A DNA stretch of 64,000 nt. Source: Microthrixaceae bacterium (lineage in GTDB: Bacteria; Actinomycetota; Acidimicrobiia; Acidimicrobiales; VFJN01). Below are positions 40,708 through 50,210 of the stretch, in pieces; the first letter of the stretch is position 1; each line of letters starts with the position of its first letter. The DNA is taken from assembly GCA_052390255.1 (NCBI GenBank), contig JBQTHC010000007.1, positions 2,745-66,744 on the forward strand, in the 5' to 3' direction. The notes under the pieces are model-generated. The model did not search any database. It was not told the DNA's origin and saw nothing but the letters and a program-made list of their open reading frames with translations. Made by a program: the position numbers and the translations under genes.

Positions 40708-41514
40708 GTGGACGACCGGCCGATCGGCATGTTCGACAGCGGCTTCGGTGGCCTCACCGTGGCCCGCGCGCTGATCGATCTGCTGCCCGCCGAGCACCTC
40801 GTGTACGTCGGAGACACGGGTCGCTACCCGTACGGGCCGCGCCCGCTCGCCGAGGTGCGTCGCTTCGCTGAGCAGATCACCGACGTGCTGGTGGGGGAGC
40901 ACGGCGTGAAGCTCGTCATCGTCGCCTGCAACACCGCCGCGGCCGCCGGCCTCACGGCGCTGCAGGCGCGCGTCGACGTGCCCGTGGTGGGCGTGATCGA
41001 GCCGGGCGTTCGAAGCTTGGCGCGCGCCACACGCAGCGGGCGCGTCGGCGTGATCGGCACAGTGGGCACGATCGGCTCGGGTGCGTACCAGCGCGCCGCG
41101 GCCGCGTTCGCGCCGGAGCTCGTGCTCACGTGCGCCGCGTGCCCCGGGTTCGTCGAGTTCGTCGAGCGTGGGGACACGCGCAGCGACCAGGTCACGGTGC
41201 TCGCCGAACGGCTCCTCGCGCCCGTGCGCGACGCCAAGGTCGACGCGCTGCTCCTCGGCTGCACCCACTATCCGTTCCTCGCACGCACGATCAGCGACGT
41301 GATGGGGCGCGACGTCGTGCTCGTCGACTCGGCCGACGAGACCGCCTTCGAGGTGCGGCGCCTCCTCGCCGGGACCGCACTTGCCCGCGACCCGGGCGGA
41401 AGCCCGGTGCAGCACCGCTGGCTGTCCTCGGGAGACGTCGGCTGGTTCCGGGAGCTCGGCCGGCGGCTCCTCGGGCCTGAGCTCGACGAGGCCGAATCGA
41501 TCACCTGGGACTGA
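40708..41514 (+). CDS. murI: Glutamate racemase
   Basis: FDSGFGGLTV, ACNTA, LGCTHYP. Confidence 0.95.
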   Translation: MDDRPIGMFDSGFGGLTVARALIDLLPAEHLVYVGDTGRYPYGPRPLAEVRRFAEQITDVLVGEHGVKLVIVACNTAAAAGLTALQARVDVPVVGVIEPGVRSLARATRSGRVGVIGTVGTIGSGAYQRAAAAFAPELVLTCAACPGFVEFVERGDTRSDQVTVLAERLLAPVRDAKVDALLLGCTHYPFLARTISDVMGRDVVLVDSADETAFEVRRLLAGTALARDPGGSPVQHRWLSSGDVGWFRELGRRLLGPELDEAESITWD

Positions 41515-41608
41515 ATCGGCGAACTGCCGCGCTCCGCGACGGTGCAGGCGCTCCGCGTGGCCGCTACGTTCTGCGGTTGCAGCCGCGCGCGGGACAAGGA
41601 GCCACACC

Positions 41609-43306
41609 ATGCGCCAGATCATCCGGGCCCTCTTCGTCGTCGCCCTCGCGGTCCCCCTGATCGGATCCCCCGCGAGCGCGAGCCCGCCGTCGTCGGTGGA
41701 CAGGCAGGCGAACGCCCCGCAGGTGAGCGGTGATGCCACCTCCGATGCCACCGCGGTGTTCCCCACGAACAAGCAGAACGAGCCCACGATCGCGGTCAAC
41801 CCGCTCGACAGCTCGCGCCTGATCGCCGGCTCGAACGACGAGCAGCGCCAACCGCGATGCGGACCCGGACCCGTGCGCGGCTCCGACGCCGAGCCGTCTG
41901 ACTGCTCCTTCTTCCCCAACGTCGGCACCTCAGGCATCTACACGTCCTCCGACGGCGGTCTCACCTGGACGAACCACGGGCTCCTCGACGACCAGGCGTC
42001 CTGGAGCAGCCTGCCGACGGGACGCCGGCTCGTGTCCGACGGCGACCCCGTGATCGTGTACGGACCCCGGCCCGATGGCGCCGGCGGCTACTCGTACGCG
42101 CAGGGCGCCCGCGCCTACTACGCGACGCTCGCCAGCTACTACGACAACGCGGGCCCGTACCCCGCAGGGAAGGCGCCGGAGTTCCTCGCCGTCAGCTACA
42201 GCGACGACAACGGGGTCACCTGGTCTGCCCCGGTCCTCGCGACCACGAAGAACAACCCGAACGACTTCAACGACAAGGAGTCGATCTGGGTCGACGACCT
42301 CGCGTCGAGCCCGTACTTCGGGCGCGTGTACGTGAGCTGGACCGAGTTCCGCGCCCTGGGCACGTCCGAACCTGTGATGGTGTCGGTGTCGCGCGACGGT
42401 GGTGCGACCTTCTCCAGCCCGAACCAGCTGTCGCCCGCCGGCAACAACGGCACCGGCAACGGTCGGCAGGGTTCGATGGTCCGAACCGGGCCCGACGGCA
42501 CGGCCTACGTGGCCTGGGAGCAGGGCCGGTCGCAGATCGTCTCGACGAGTCGTGACGGCGGGGTGAAGTGGTCGACCCCGCGCACGATCGGGGCCGTCGT
42601 CGATCTGCCCGATCCGCTGCCGGGCTCGAACTTCCGCACCAACAGCTTCCTCAGCATCGCGCCTGACCCGCGTTCGGGCAGCACGCGGGTGTGGGCGTCG
42701 TGGGCGAACGCCACCGCGTCGGGCACGCGCGTCGTCGTCACCTCGAGCAACGACCGTGGGCTCACCTGGGCTGCGCCCACCACGGTCAGCAGCGCGGCGC
42801 AGGGCGACGCGTTCTACCAGGGCCTCGATGTCGCCCCCAACGGTCGTGTGGATCTCGCCTACCAGGCGCAGCGAGCGATCGACCGCACCACGTTCGGCAC
42901 CGGGAACGCCACGATCGACTCCTGGTACCGCGCGAAGCCGGTGGGCGGCGCCTGGTCGACCGCGGTGAAGGTGTCGTCTGCGAGCACCGACCCGGCGGCG
43001 TCGGCACAGAACAACCTTCAGCGGCAGTTCATGGGTGACTACAACACCCTCGTGTCCACGAACGATCGCGTGTGGTTCATCTGGACCGACACCCGCACGG
43101 GTGCGGGCTGCCCGGCGGTCGACGCCTACCAGCACTACCTGGTCGACAACGGCCTCGTGCGCCGGGGCGACATGGGGGACCGCCTCACCACCCGCGTCGG
43201 GGGCGACCCGTACGCCGGCGATCCCAGCGTGAAGCCGGCTCCGCCCGTCGACTGCCCGAGCGCCTTCGGCAACAGCGACGCGGTCGCGGCGCGGATCACC
43301 CCGTGA
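41609..43306 (+). CDS. Secreted sialidase-fold/BNR (Asp-box) repeat protein
   Basis: Signal peptide; repeated S.D.G.TW Asp boxes; NEP, GDP, DKE and GDY motifs. Confidence 0.82.
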   Translation: MRQIIRALFVVALAVPLIGSPASASPPSSVDRQANAPQVSGDATSDATAVFPTNKQNEPTIAVNPLDSSRLIAGSNDEQRQPRCGPGPVRGSDAEPSDCSFFPNVGTSGIYTSSDGGLTWTNHGLLDDQASWSSLPTGRRLVSDGDPVIVYGPRPDGAGGYSYAQGARAYYATLASYYDNAGPYPAGKAPEFLAVSYSDDNGVTWSAPVLATTKNNPNDFNDKESIWVDDLASSPYFGRVYVSWTEFRALGTSEPVMVSVSRDGGATFSSPNQLSPAGNNGTGNGRQGSMVRTGPDGTAYVAWEQGRSQIVSTSRDGGVKWSTPRTIGAVVDLPDPLPGSNFRTNSFLSIAPDPRSGSTRVWASWANATASGTRVVVTSSNDRGLTWAAPTTVSSAAQGDAFYQGLDVAPNGRVDLAYQAQRAIDRTTFGTGNATIDSWYRAKPVGGAWSTAVKVSSASTDPAASAQNNLQRQFMGDYNTLVSTNDRVWFIWTDTRTGAGCPAVDAYQHYLVDNGLVRRGDMGDRLTTRVGGDPYAGDPSVKPAPPVDCPSAFGNSDAVAARITP

Positions 43307-43363
43307 GCTGATCCGGCCGTCGCGAGTTCGGACGACAACCCGAGACGATGCGAGGATGCGGGC

Positions 43364-44098
43364 ATGACCCGCCCCGACGGCCGCGCGCCCGACCAGCTCC
43401 GCCCCATCACCTTCGAGCGCGACTTCACGCGCATGTCCGCGGGCTCGTGCCTCGTGAGCTTCGGCGAGACGCGGGTGCTGTGCACCGCCTCGGTCGACGA
43501 GGACGTCCCGCGCTGGATGAAGGGGAAGGGCAAGGGGTGGGTCACGGCCGAGTACTCGATGCTGCCCGGGTCCTCCCCCGAGCGGATCCGTCGCGAGGTG
43601 AAGGACGGCAAGCCGTCCGGGCGCACGCAGGAGATCCAGCGGCTCATCGGTCGCTCACTGCGCGCGGTGTGCAACATGCGGGCGCTGGGCGAGCGCCAGG
43701 TGATCGTCGACTGCGACGTGCTCCAAGCCGACGGCGGCACCAGAACCGCGTCGATCTGCGGCGGCTACCTCGCCCTCCACGACGCGCTGACGCGGCTCGT
43801 CCAATCAGGGGCCATCGCGTCGCACCCGCTCACGGCACGCTGCGCCGCGGTGAGCGTGGGCATCGTCGGCGGAACGCCCGTGCTCGACCTGCCCTACGTC
43901 GAGGACTCGACGGCGGAGGTCGACATGAACGTGGTGATGACGTCGCTCGGCGGCTTCGTCGAGGTGCAGGGAACCGCCGAGGGCGCGCCGTACAGCCGCG
44001 ATGAGCTCGACACGATGCTCCGCCTCGCCGAGGGCGGCATCGCCGAGCTCATCGCGCTCCAGGAGGAGATGGTGAGCGAGCCTCCCGCGCCACGCTGA
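43364..44098 (+). CDS. rph: Ribonuclease PH
   Basis: [43 protein letters not shown]. Confidence 0.97.
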   Translation: MTRPDGRAPDQLRPITFERDFTRMSAGSCLVSFGETRVLCTASVDEDVPRWMKGKGKGWVTAEYSMLPGSSPERIRREVKDGKPSGRTQEIQRLIGRSLRAVCNMRALGERQVIVDCDVLQADGGTRTASICGGYLALHDALTRLVQSGAIASHPLTARCAAVSVGIVGGTPVLDLPYVEDSTAEVDMNVVMTSLGGFVEVQGTAEGAPYSRDELDTMLRLAEGGIAELIALQEEMVSEPPAPR

Positions 44099-44649
44099 TG
44101 CGAGTGCTCCTCGCCACGGGCAACGCGCACAAGGTCGACGAGGTCCGGCACATCCTCGGCGCAGGGTTCGAGATCGTCGGCCAGGACTCGGGGGCGGAGG
44201 AGACCGGCGTCACCTTCGAGGACAACGCGCTGCTCAAGGCGCGTGCACTGTGCGTGCAGATGGGCGAGCTCGCGCTCGCCGACGACTCGGGCATCGAGAT
44301 CGATCACCTCGGCGGCGCGCCCGGCGTGCAGTCAGCGCGCTGGACCCACGAAGGCGACTGGATCCCGCGCGTCCTGCGCGAGCTCGAGGGCGTGCCGCCC
44401 GAGCGGCGCGGGTGCCGATACGTGTGCGCGGCCGCCGCGGTGTGGCCGGACGGGCGCGAGGTCGTGGTGCGCGGGGTGGTCGAGGGTGCGATCGTCGACG
44501 CACCGCGCGGCGATGGCGGCTTCGGCTACGACCCGCTCGTCGCACCGCTCGAGGGTGACGGTCGCACGTTCGCGGAGATGTCGCCTGAGGAGAAGCACGC
44601 GATCAGCCATCGCGCCCGCGCGTTTGTCCACATCAAACAACGTCTGTGA
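44098..44649 (+). CDS. rdgB: Non-canonical purine NTP pyrophosphatase
   Basis: ATGNAHK, ETG.TF..NA..KA, DDSG, GFGYDP, SHR. Confidence 0.95.
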   Translation: MRVLLATGNAHKVDEVRHILGAGFEIVGQDSGAEETGVTFEDNALLKARALCVQMGELALADDSGIEIDHLGGAPGVQSARWTHEGDWIPRVLRELEGVPPERRGCRYVCAAAAVWPDGREVVVRGVVEGAIVDAPRGDGGFGYDPLVAPLEGDGRTFAEMSPEEKHAISHRARAFVHIKQRL

Positions 44650-44693
44650 ACCGCCACGGTCGCCATGCGGACGTGAGGGTTCACAGACGTTGT
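44637..44693. repeat. Palindromic element with perfect 16-bp arms (REP-like and/or bidirectional terminator)
   Basis: ACAACGTCTGTGAACC (44637-44652) and GGTTCACAGACGTTGT (44678-44693) between convergent genes. Confidence 0.8.
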
Positions 44694-44699
44694 GCAACC

Positions 44700-45704
44700 T
44701 CACCAGCCGCGGAGGTCGACGTCCCACACCTCCACCACCTCGTCGCCGTCGACGACGTGCAGGCGCTCGTGCTGGGACACGGTGGGGTCGACGTGGGCGG
44801 GCAGCACGCGCACCTTGTCGCCCACCTTCACCGAGGCGCCCTCGCGCACGCCGAAGGTGAGGTGCTCGTCGGACACGAACCAGCAGTCGCCCACCTCGAG
44901 CACCGTGGGGTCGCCGTGGTCCATGGCGAACGCCTTGAGGCCTGCGTCGAGCACGCCCCAGCCCTTGGGTGACAGCGAGATCACCGTGGCCCACATGTGC
45001 AGCGCGTTCTCGAAGCTGCCTGCGTGCTCGGTGTACTCCGTGTCCATCAAGCAGTACGAGCCGGCCTGCAGCTCGCTCACCCAGGTGTTGACCTCCCAGG
45101 TGCCGGTGCCGCCGCCCGACACCACGTCGCCCCCGACGGCAGCGTGCGCCTCCAGCAGGAGGGCCATCGACCGCTCGACGAGGTCCGCCTTCGTGTCGCC
45201 CGGCTTGCGCATGAGGTGCCCCTCGTAACCCATGACGCCGCGGACCACGAGGCCCTGCGCACGCGCGAGCTCCGCCAGCCGGCCCGCGTCGTCTGGCTCG
45301 CAGCCGCACCGCGGCATGCCGACATCGACGTCGATCAGCACCTCGGGGATGCCCGCACGTGCTGCCGCGTCGATCGTCTCGTCGGAGTCCACCGCCACCG
45401 TCACCCGCGCAGCCCCCGACTGGATCACCGGGGTGAGCCGACTGAGGTCGAGGCACTCGTTGGCGAGCAGCAGGTCGTCTCCGAGCCCCGCGGCTGCCAT
45501 GCCCAGCATCTCGCGCACCGTCGCGCAGCAGAACCCGCGGTGGCCCGCCTCCGCCAGCCGCGCAGCGAGCGCCGTGGACTTGAACGCCTTCACGTGTGGC
45601 CGCAGCGACGTCCCTGGCCAGCGATCCGCCATCGTCGCGACGTTGCGGTCGAACGCGTGGATGTCGACGAGCAGCGCAGGCGTGGCGAGGTCGTGCACGT
45701 TCAC
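44700..45704 (-). CDS. Fold-type III PLP enzyme (D-threonine aldolase/DSD1-like)
   Basis: TPALLVD, LRPHVKAFKS, MPRCG, MGYEGH, GGGTGT, QAGSY, SDEH. Confidence 0.85.
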   Translation of the reverse strand: MNVHDLATPALLVDIHAFDRNVATMADRWPGTSLRPHVKAFKSTALAARLAEAGHRGFCCATVREMLGMAAAGLGDDLLLANECLDLSRLTPVIQSGAARVTVAVDSDETIDAAARAGIPEVLIDVDVGMPRCGCEPDDAGRLAELARAQGLVVRGVMGYEGHLMRKPGDTKADLVERSMALLLEAHAAVGGDVVSGGGTGTWEVNTWVSELQAGSYCLMDTEYTEHAGSFENALHMWATVISLSPKGWGVLDAGLKAFAMDHGDPTVLEVGDCWFVSDEHLTFGVREGASVKVGDKVRVLPAHVDPTVSQHERLHVVDGDEVVEVWDVDLRGW

Positions 45705-45732
45705 GGCGGGGGACGCTATCGGTCTGCGGATG

Positions 45733-45805
45733 TGCCGGCGGCGGGAGTCGAACCCACACTGCACGCGACCTAAACGCGTTGCCTCTGCCATTGGGCTACG
45801 CCGGC
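45733..45805 (-). tRNA. tRNA-Leu(TAG), short variable loop
   Basis: GCCGGCG/CGCCGGC acceptor; ACGCG-TTTAGGT-CGCGT anticodon arm; GTGGG-TTCGACT-CCCGC T arm; A73. Confidence 0.9.
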
Positions 45806-45864
45806 GAGATCGCCAGGGTAGGCCGCGCCGGGTGCGCGCCGGGCCCCGCTAGCCTCCATCCTCG

Positions 45865-46467
45865 ATGAGCCAGACCACCTACCCGATGCCCTTTGCCCAG
45901 GCCCCGATGGGCAACCCGACCTCCGAGATCTTCAACCGGTTGCTGAAGGACCGGATCATCATCCTCGGCACCGACGTCAACGACGACATCGCGAACATCG
46001 TCTGCGCCCAGATGCTCTTCCTCGAGGGTGAGGACGACAAGGACATCTGGCTCTACATCAACAGCCCGGGTGGGTCGGTCACCGCTGGGATGGCGATCTA
46101 CGACACGATGCAGTTCGTGCAGCCCGACGTCGCCACGATCTGCATGGGACTCGCCGCGTCGATGGGGCAGTTCCTGCTCGCGGCGGGCGCCCCCGGCAAG
46201 CGCTTCGCGCTCCCGCACGCACGGATCATGATGCACCAGCCGTCCGGCGGCGTGCGCGGCCAGGCGAGCGACATCGCGATCCAGGCCGAGCAGCTGATCT
46301 ACATCAAGAAGCTGATGGCCGAGCGCACCGCACACCACACGGGCCAGACCGTCGAGCAGGTCCAGGCCGACAGCGAGCGCGACCGCTGGTTCACGGCCGA
46401 GCAGGCCAAGGAGTACGGGATCATCGACCACGTGCGCGAGAAGCGCGCACAGGTACCTGCCTCCTGA
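45865..46467 (+). CDS. clpP: ATP-dependent Clp protease proteolytic subunit (ClpP1-type)
   Basis: [30 protein letters not shown]. Confidence 0.95.
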   Translation: MSQTTYPMPFAQAPMGNPTSEIFNRLLKDRIIILGTDVNDDIANIVCAQMLFLEGEDDKDIWLYINSPGGSVTAGMAIYDTMQFVQPDVATICMGLAASMGQFLLAAGAPGKRFALPHARIMMHQPSGGVRGQASDIAIQAEQLIYIKKLMAERTAHHTGQTVEQVQADSERDRWFTAEQAKEYGIIDHVREKRAQVPAS

Positions 46468-46872
46468 TCAGCCTGAGCCGCACTGCTCCTTCGTGAACGC
46501 GTCGAGGGTGGCTGCGGCCTCGGTCACCGTCGGGTGGTCGGCGGTCACCTGGCGCACGACCTCCACGGCACGCGCCGCGTCCGAGCCGTCGAGCGGTGCG
46601 AGCCCGTCGATCAGCGCCTGGATGTAGGCGATCTCCACACCAAGCTCGTCTCGCACCTCCTTGGGGGCTGCGTCGCGCAGCTCACCGAGGGTGACCCGCG
46701 CCGAGCGGAGCTGCTCGAGCGCTCGCTCCGTGTCGCTCGGGTCGAACCCCGAGAACACGGCGGCGGAGCTCCCATTGGCGCGGACCGCGGTGCAGAGCTC
46801 CTTCACGCTGCCGCCACCACCGCCGCAGCCGAGGAGCGTCACCGTGGCGAGCACGGCCGCGGCGCGTCGCAC
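46468..46872 (-). CDS. Hypothetical lipoprotein
   Basis: LLGC lipobox; helical body with terminal Cys pair; directly downstream of rpe. Confidence 0.6.
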   Translation of the reverse strand: MRRAAAVLATVTLLGCGGGGGSVKELCTAVRANGSSAAVFSGFDPSDTERALEQLRSARVTLGELRDAAPKEVRDELGVEIAYIQALIDGLAPLDGSDAARAVEVVRQVTADHPTVTEAAATLDAFTKEQCGSG

Positions 46873-46874
46873 GC

Positions 46875-47570
46875 TCAGCCCCGCGCCGCTTCGGCGAGCC
46901 CCCGCAGCTCGGACACCGCGTGCTCGAGCCCCTCGGGATCGCGGTAGAGCGACGACCCTGCCACGAGAACGTTCGCTCCGGCGCTGACCGCACCTTGGAT
47001 GGTGGCTGGTCCGATCCCACCGTCGACCTCGAGGTCCACGTCGGCGCCGCGCTCCTGGATCAGACGACGCATCTCCGTGATCTTCGGCTCCATCGACGCG
47101 ATGTAGGCCTGTCCGCCGAAGCCGGGGTTCACCGTCATCACGAGCACGAGGTCGACCAGGTCGAGGACGTGCTCGACGGCATCGGCGGGTGTCGCCGGGT
47201 TCAGTGCGACGCCCGCCTTCGCGCCCAGGTCGCGGATGAGGCCGACGCTGCGGTGCAGGTGGCGGCTGGCTTCGGCGTGGACGATGAGGAGCTCGCATCC
47301 GGCCTCGACGTAGCGCGCCGCGAGGTCGTCGGGGGCCTCCACCATGAGGTGGGCCTCGAAGGGCAGCGTCGTGTGAGTGCGGCAGGCGCTGATCACGTCG
47401 GGACCGAACGTGAGGTTGGGCACGAAGCGGCCGTCCATCACGTCCCACTGGATGCGGTCGACGCCTGCCGCCTCGAGCAAGGCGACCTCGTCGCCGAGGC
47501 GAGAGAAGTCCGCCGGTAGCACCGACGGCGCGATCTGGATCCGGCGGTCAGTCCCGGGACGGTCGCTCAT
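46875..47570 (-). CDS. rpe: Ribulose-phosphate 3-epimerase
   Basis: IAPSVL.ADF, DVMDGRFVPNLTFG, MTVNPGFGGQ, EVDGGI. Confidence 0.95.
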   Translation of the reverse strand: MSDRPGTDRRIQIAPSVLPADFSRLGDEVALLEAAGVDRIQWDVMDGRFVPNLTFGPDVISACRTHTTLPFEAHLMVEAPDDLAARYVEAGCELLIVHAEASRHLHRSVGLIRDLGAKAGVALNPATPADAVEHVLDLVDLVLVMTVNPGFGGQAYIASMEPKITEMRRLIQERGADVDLEVDGGIGPATIQGAVSAGANVLVAGSSLYRDPEGLEHAVSELRGLAEAARG

Positions 47571-47620
47571 GCACCGATCCTCCCACGGGGCGGGCCCAGT
47601 GCGCGCGTACGCTGCGCGCA

Positions 47621-48802
47621 GTGGACGCCATCACCGTCGAGGTCACCCGCATTGTGGCCGGCGGTGATGGCCTGGCCCGCGATGAGGCTGGTCGCGTTGT
47701 CTTCGTCGCTGGCGGCCTTCCGGGCGAGTCGATCCTGGCCGAGGTCCGCGAGCAACGCCGTGACTTCTCGAAGGCGACCGTCCGCGAGGTGCTCCGCGCC
47801 GCGCCGGTCCGAGTCAGCCCACCATGCCGGTTCGTGGCGGACGGCTGCGGCGGGTGCGACTGGCAGCACATCGCCGCCAGCGCCCAGCGCCGACTCAAGG
47901 CTGACATCGTGCAGGACGCGCTGCGGCGCCAGGCGCGCGTGGAGATCCAGGTCGGCGTCGGACCCGACCTGCCTGACGTGGGCTACCGCACGACGGTGCG
48001 CGGCACCGCGGCCGACGGTCGCTTCGCGTTCCGACACGCGGGGAGCCACGAGCTCGTGCCGGTGGGGCCGTGCCTCGTCGCGCACCCGCTGCTCGACGAG
48101 CTCATCACCGATGGGCGCTATCCCGACGGTGAGGTGATCTTGCGCGCCGGCGCACGGACGGGGGAGCGCCTGGCGATCGTGGCCAGCCCGGACCGCGTCG
48201 AGGTGCCCGAGGGGGTGCGCGTGGTGACCGCGGTGTCGCTCGCCGGGGGTTCGCGCGCCTGGTTCCACGAGGAGGTCGCCGGGCGTCGATGGCGGATCTC
48301 GGCCCGTTCGTTCTTCCAGGCCCGGCCCGATGGCGCCGAGGCGTTGGTCGCGTGCGTCGCCGACGCACTCGACGGAGCGGTCGGCCCGGACGCGCACCTC
48401 GTCGACCTGTACGCGGGTGTCGGCTTGTTCGCGGGTGCGCTGCCGGCGGTGGCCGAGGTGACCGTGGTGGAGTCCGGTGCCTCCTCGGTGGCCGACGCCC
48501 GCGTGAACCTCGCCGATCGTCAGGTGCGCATCCTCAAGTCCGACGTCGCCCGGTGGCGTCCGGCGCGCGCCGACGCCGTCGTCGCAGACCCGCCGCGCAC
48601 CGGGCTGGGCGCGTCCGGTGTCGCCGCGATCGCTGCGACGCACGCGCCCCGGTTGGCCCTCGTGAGCTGCGATCCCGCCGCGCTCGGCCGCGACACCAAG
48701 CTGCTCGCTGCGGCCGGCTACGCGCTGCGGTCCTGCACCCTGGTCGACCTGTTCCCGCACACCTCCCACGTGGAGGCGGTGTCGAGGTTCGACCTCGCAT
48801 GA
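47621..48802 (+). CDS. TRAM-domain RNA (uracil-5)-methyltransferase, RlmD/TrmA family
   Basis: CGGC, SFFQ, DLYAGVG, DPPRTG, SCDP, DLFPHTSHVE. Confidence 0.9.
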   Translation: MDAITVEVTRIVAGGDGLARDEAGRVVFVAGGLPGESILAEVREQRRDFSKATVREVLRAAPVRVSPPCRFVADGCGGCDWQHIAASAQRRLKADIVQDALRRQARVEIQVGVGPDLPDVGYRTTVRGTAADGRFAFRHAGSHELVPVGPCLVAHPLLDELITDGRYPDGEVILRAGARTGERLAIVASPDRVEVPEGVRVVTAVSLAGGSRAWFHEEVAGRRWRISARSFFQARPDGAEALVACVADALDGAVGPDAHLVDLYAGVGLFAGALPAVAEVTVVESGASSVADARVNLADRQVRILKSDVARWRPARADAVVADPPRTGLGASGVAAIAATHAPRLALVSCDPAALGRDTKLLAAAGYALRSCTLVDLFPHTSHVEAVSRFDLA

Positions 48803-48860
48803 CCTCCTTCGGCGACGCTCGTCATCCAGGCGGCCGCCCCGCGCCGAATCACCTGCAGCC

Positions 48861-49448
48861 ATGACCACGAGCGACGACCTCGATCTCACCGCCGCGAGCG
48901 ACGCCGTGCTCGTCGTGGCCATCAGCCGCTATCGCCAGGAAGCGCTGGCCGAGGTCTACCGGCGCCACGCCGGAGCGGTGTTCGCGCTCGCGCGACGCTT
49001 GCTCGGCGACCGGGCGCTCGCGGAGGAGATCGTGCAGGAGGTGTTCCTGCGGATCTGGAACAGCCCGGAGAAGTTCGATCACGAGCGCGGCAGCTTGCGG
49101 TCGTACCTGCTCGCCCAGTGCCACGGCCGCTCGGTCGACCTGCTGCGGTCGGAGACGTCGCGGCGCCTCCGCGAGGAGCGAGACCTCCGACGCACCGCGG
49201 AGTCGGGGTACGACCTCGCGCACGAGGTCGTCGACCTGGCGGTCGCGGAGCGCGTGCAGGAGGCGTTGCACACGCTGCCCCAAGGCGAGCGCGACGCCAT
49301 CGCCTTGGCCTACTTCGGTGGCCACACCTACCGTGAGGTGGCCGAGATGCTCGAAGAGCCCGAGGGGACCGTGAAGAGCAGGATCCGAGCTGGTCTCAAG
49401 CGATTGCGGAGCGAGCTCGTGGGCGCCGGGCTCGGGGGCGATCTGTGA
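48861..49448 (+). CDS. ECF sigma factor (SigK-like)
   Basis: AEEIVQEVF; LAYFGGHTYREVA..L..P.GTVKSRIRAGL. Confidence 0.9.
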   Translation: MTTSDDLDLTAASDAVLVVAISRYRQEALAEVYRRHAGAVFALARRLLGDRALAEEIVQEVFLRIWNSPEKFDHERGSLRSYLLAQCHGRSVDLLRSETSRRLREERDLRRTAESGYDLAHEVVDLAVAERVQEALHTLPQGERDAIALAYFGGHTYREVAEMLEEPEGTVKSRIRAGLKRLRSELVGAGLGGDL

Positions 49449-50209
49449 CCCCGCTCACCCACGACGAGGCCGCGGAGCTGCTGGGCGCGTACGCGCTGCA
49501 TGCGGTGGAACCCGCGGAGCGCGCGCTCGTGGAGGCCCATCTCGATGCGTGCCCTCGGTGTCGCGACGAGCTGCGCGGCCACGTCGGGGTGGCGGCGATG
49601 CTCGGCAACAGCGGCGGCGACGCGCCCGACGGGGTCTGGGACCGGATCGTCGGGAGCCTCGAGGAGGTCCCGCCGCCGTTGCGCCTGTCGTTGTCCGACG
49701 ACGCCACGGTCGTTCCCCTCGCGGCTCGTCGACGGGAGCGCGGCGGTCGAGTGGCGATCGCCGTGGCCGGGGCTGCCGCCGCGGTGACGATCGGCGTGCT
49801 CGGGGTCAAGGTCGTGCAGCAGGGCGACGAGATCGATCGCGTCCGCTCGGCGCTCGGCAACGACGCGATGCTCGCGGCCGCCAACCTCGCGCTGGTGGAC
49901 CCGCGCGCGATCGAGACTGAGCTGGTCTCGCCGGACGGGTCGGTCACCGCATCCGCGGTCGTGCTGCCCGACGGCACCGGGTACCTCCTTGCCCGAGACC
50001 TCCCGGGACTTCCGCCAGACCGCACGTACCAGCTCTGGGGGCAGACGTCGGGCGGCTTGATCTCGCTCGGCGTGCTCGGGTCCTCGCCCGGTCAGGTCGT
50101 CGCGTTCCGGGCGAGCGGCGACGTCGCGGCGCTCGCAATCACCGACGAGGTCGCCGGTGGGGTGTCGCAGTCGAAGAACGCGCCCGCGCTCATCGGTCGG
50201 TTCGACTGA
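49445..50209 (+). CDS. Anti-sigma factor (zf-HC2 plus RskA-like)
   Basis: HLDACPRC, TM, YQLW...SLG...AIT.E..GG; GTGA overlap with sigma gene. Confidence 0.88.
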   Translation: MTPLTHDEAAELLGAYALHAVEPAERALVEAHLDACPRCRDELRGHVGVAAMLGNSGGDAPDGVWDRIVGSLEEVPPPLRLSLSDDATVVPLAARRRERGGRVAIAVAGAAAAVTIGVLGVKVVQQGDEIDRVRSALGNDAMLAAANLALVDPRAIETELVSPDGSVTASAVVLPDGTGYLLARDLPGLPPDRTYQLWGQTSGGLISLGVLGSSPGQVVAFRASGDVAALAITDEVAGGVSQSKNAPALIGRFD

Positions 50210-50210
50210 C

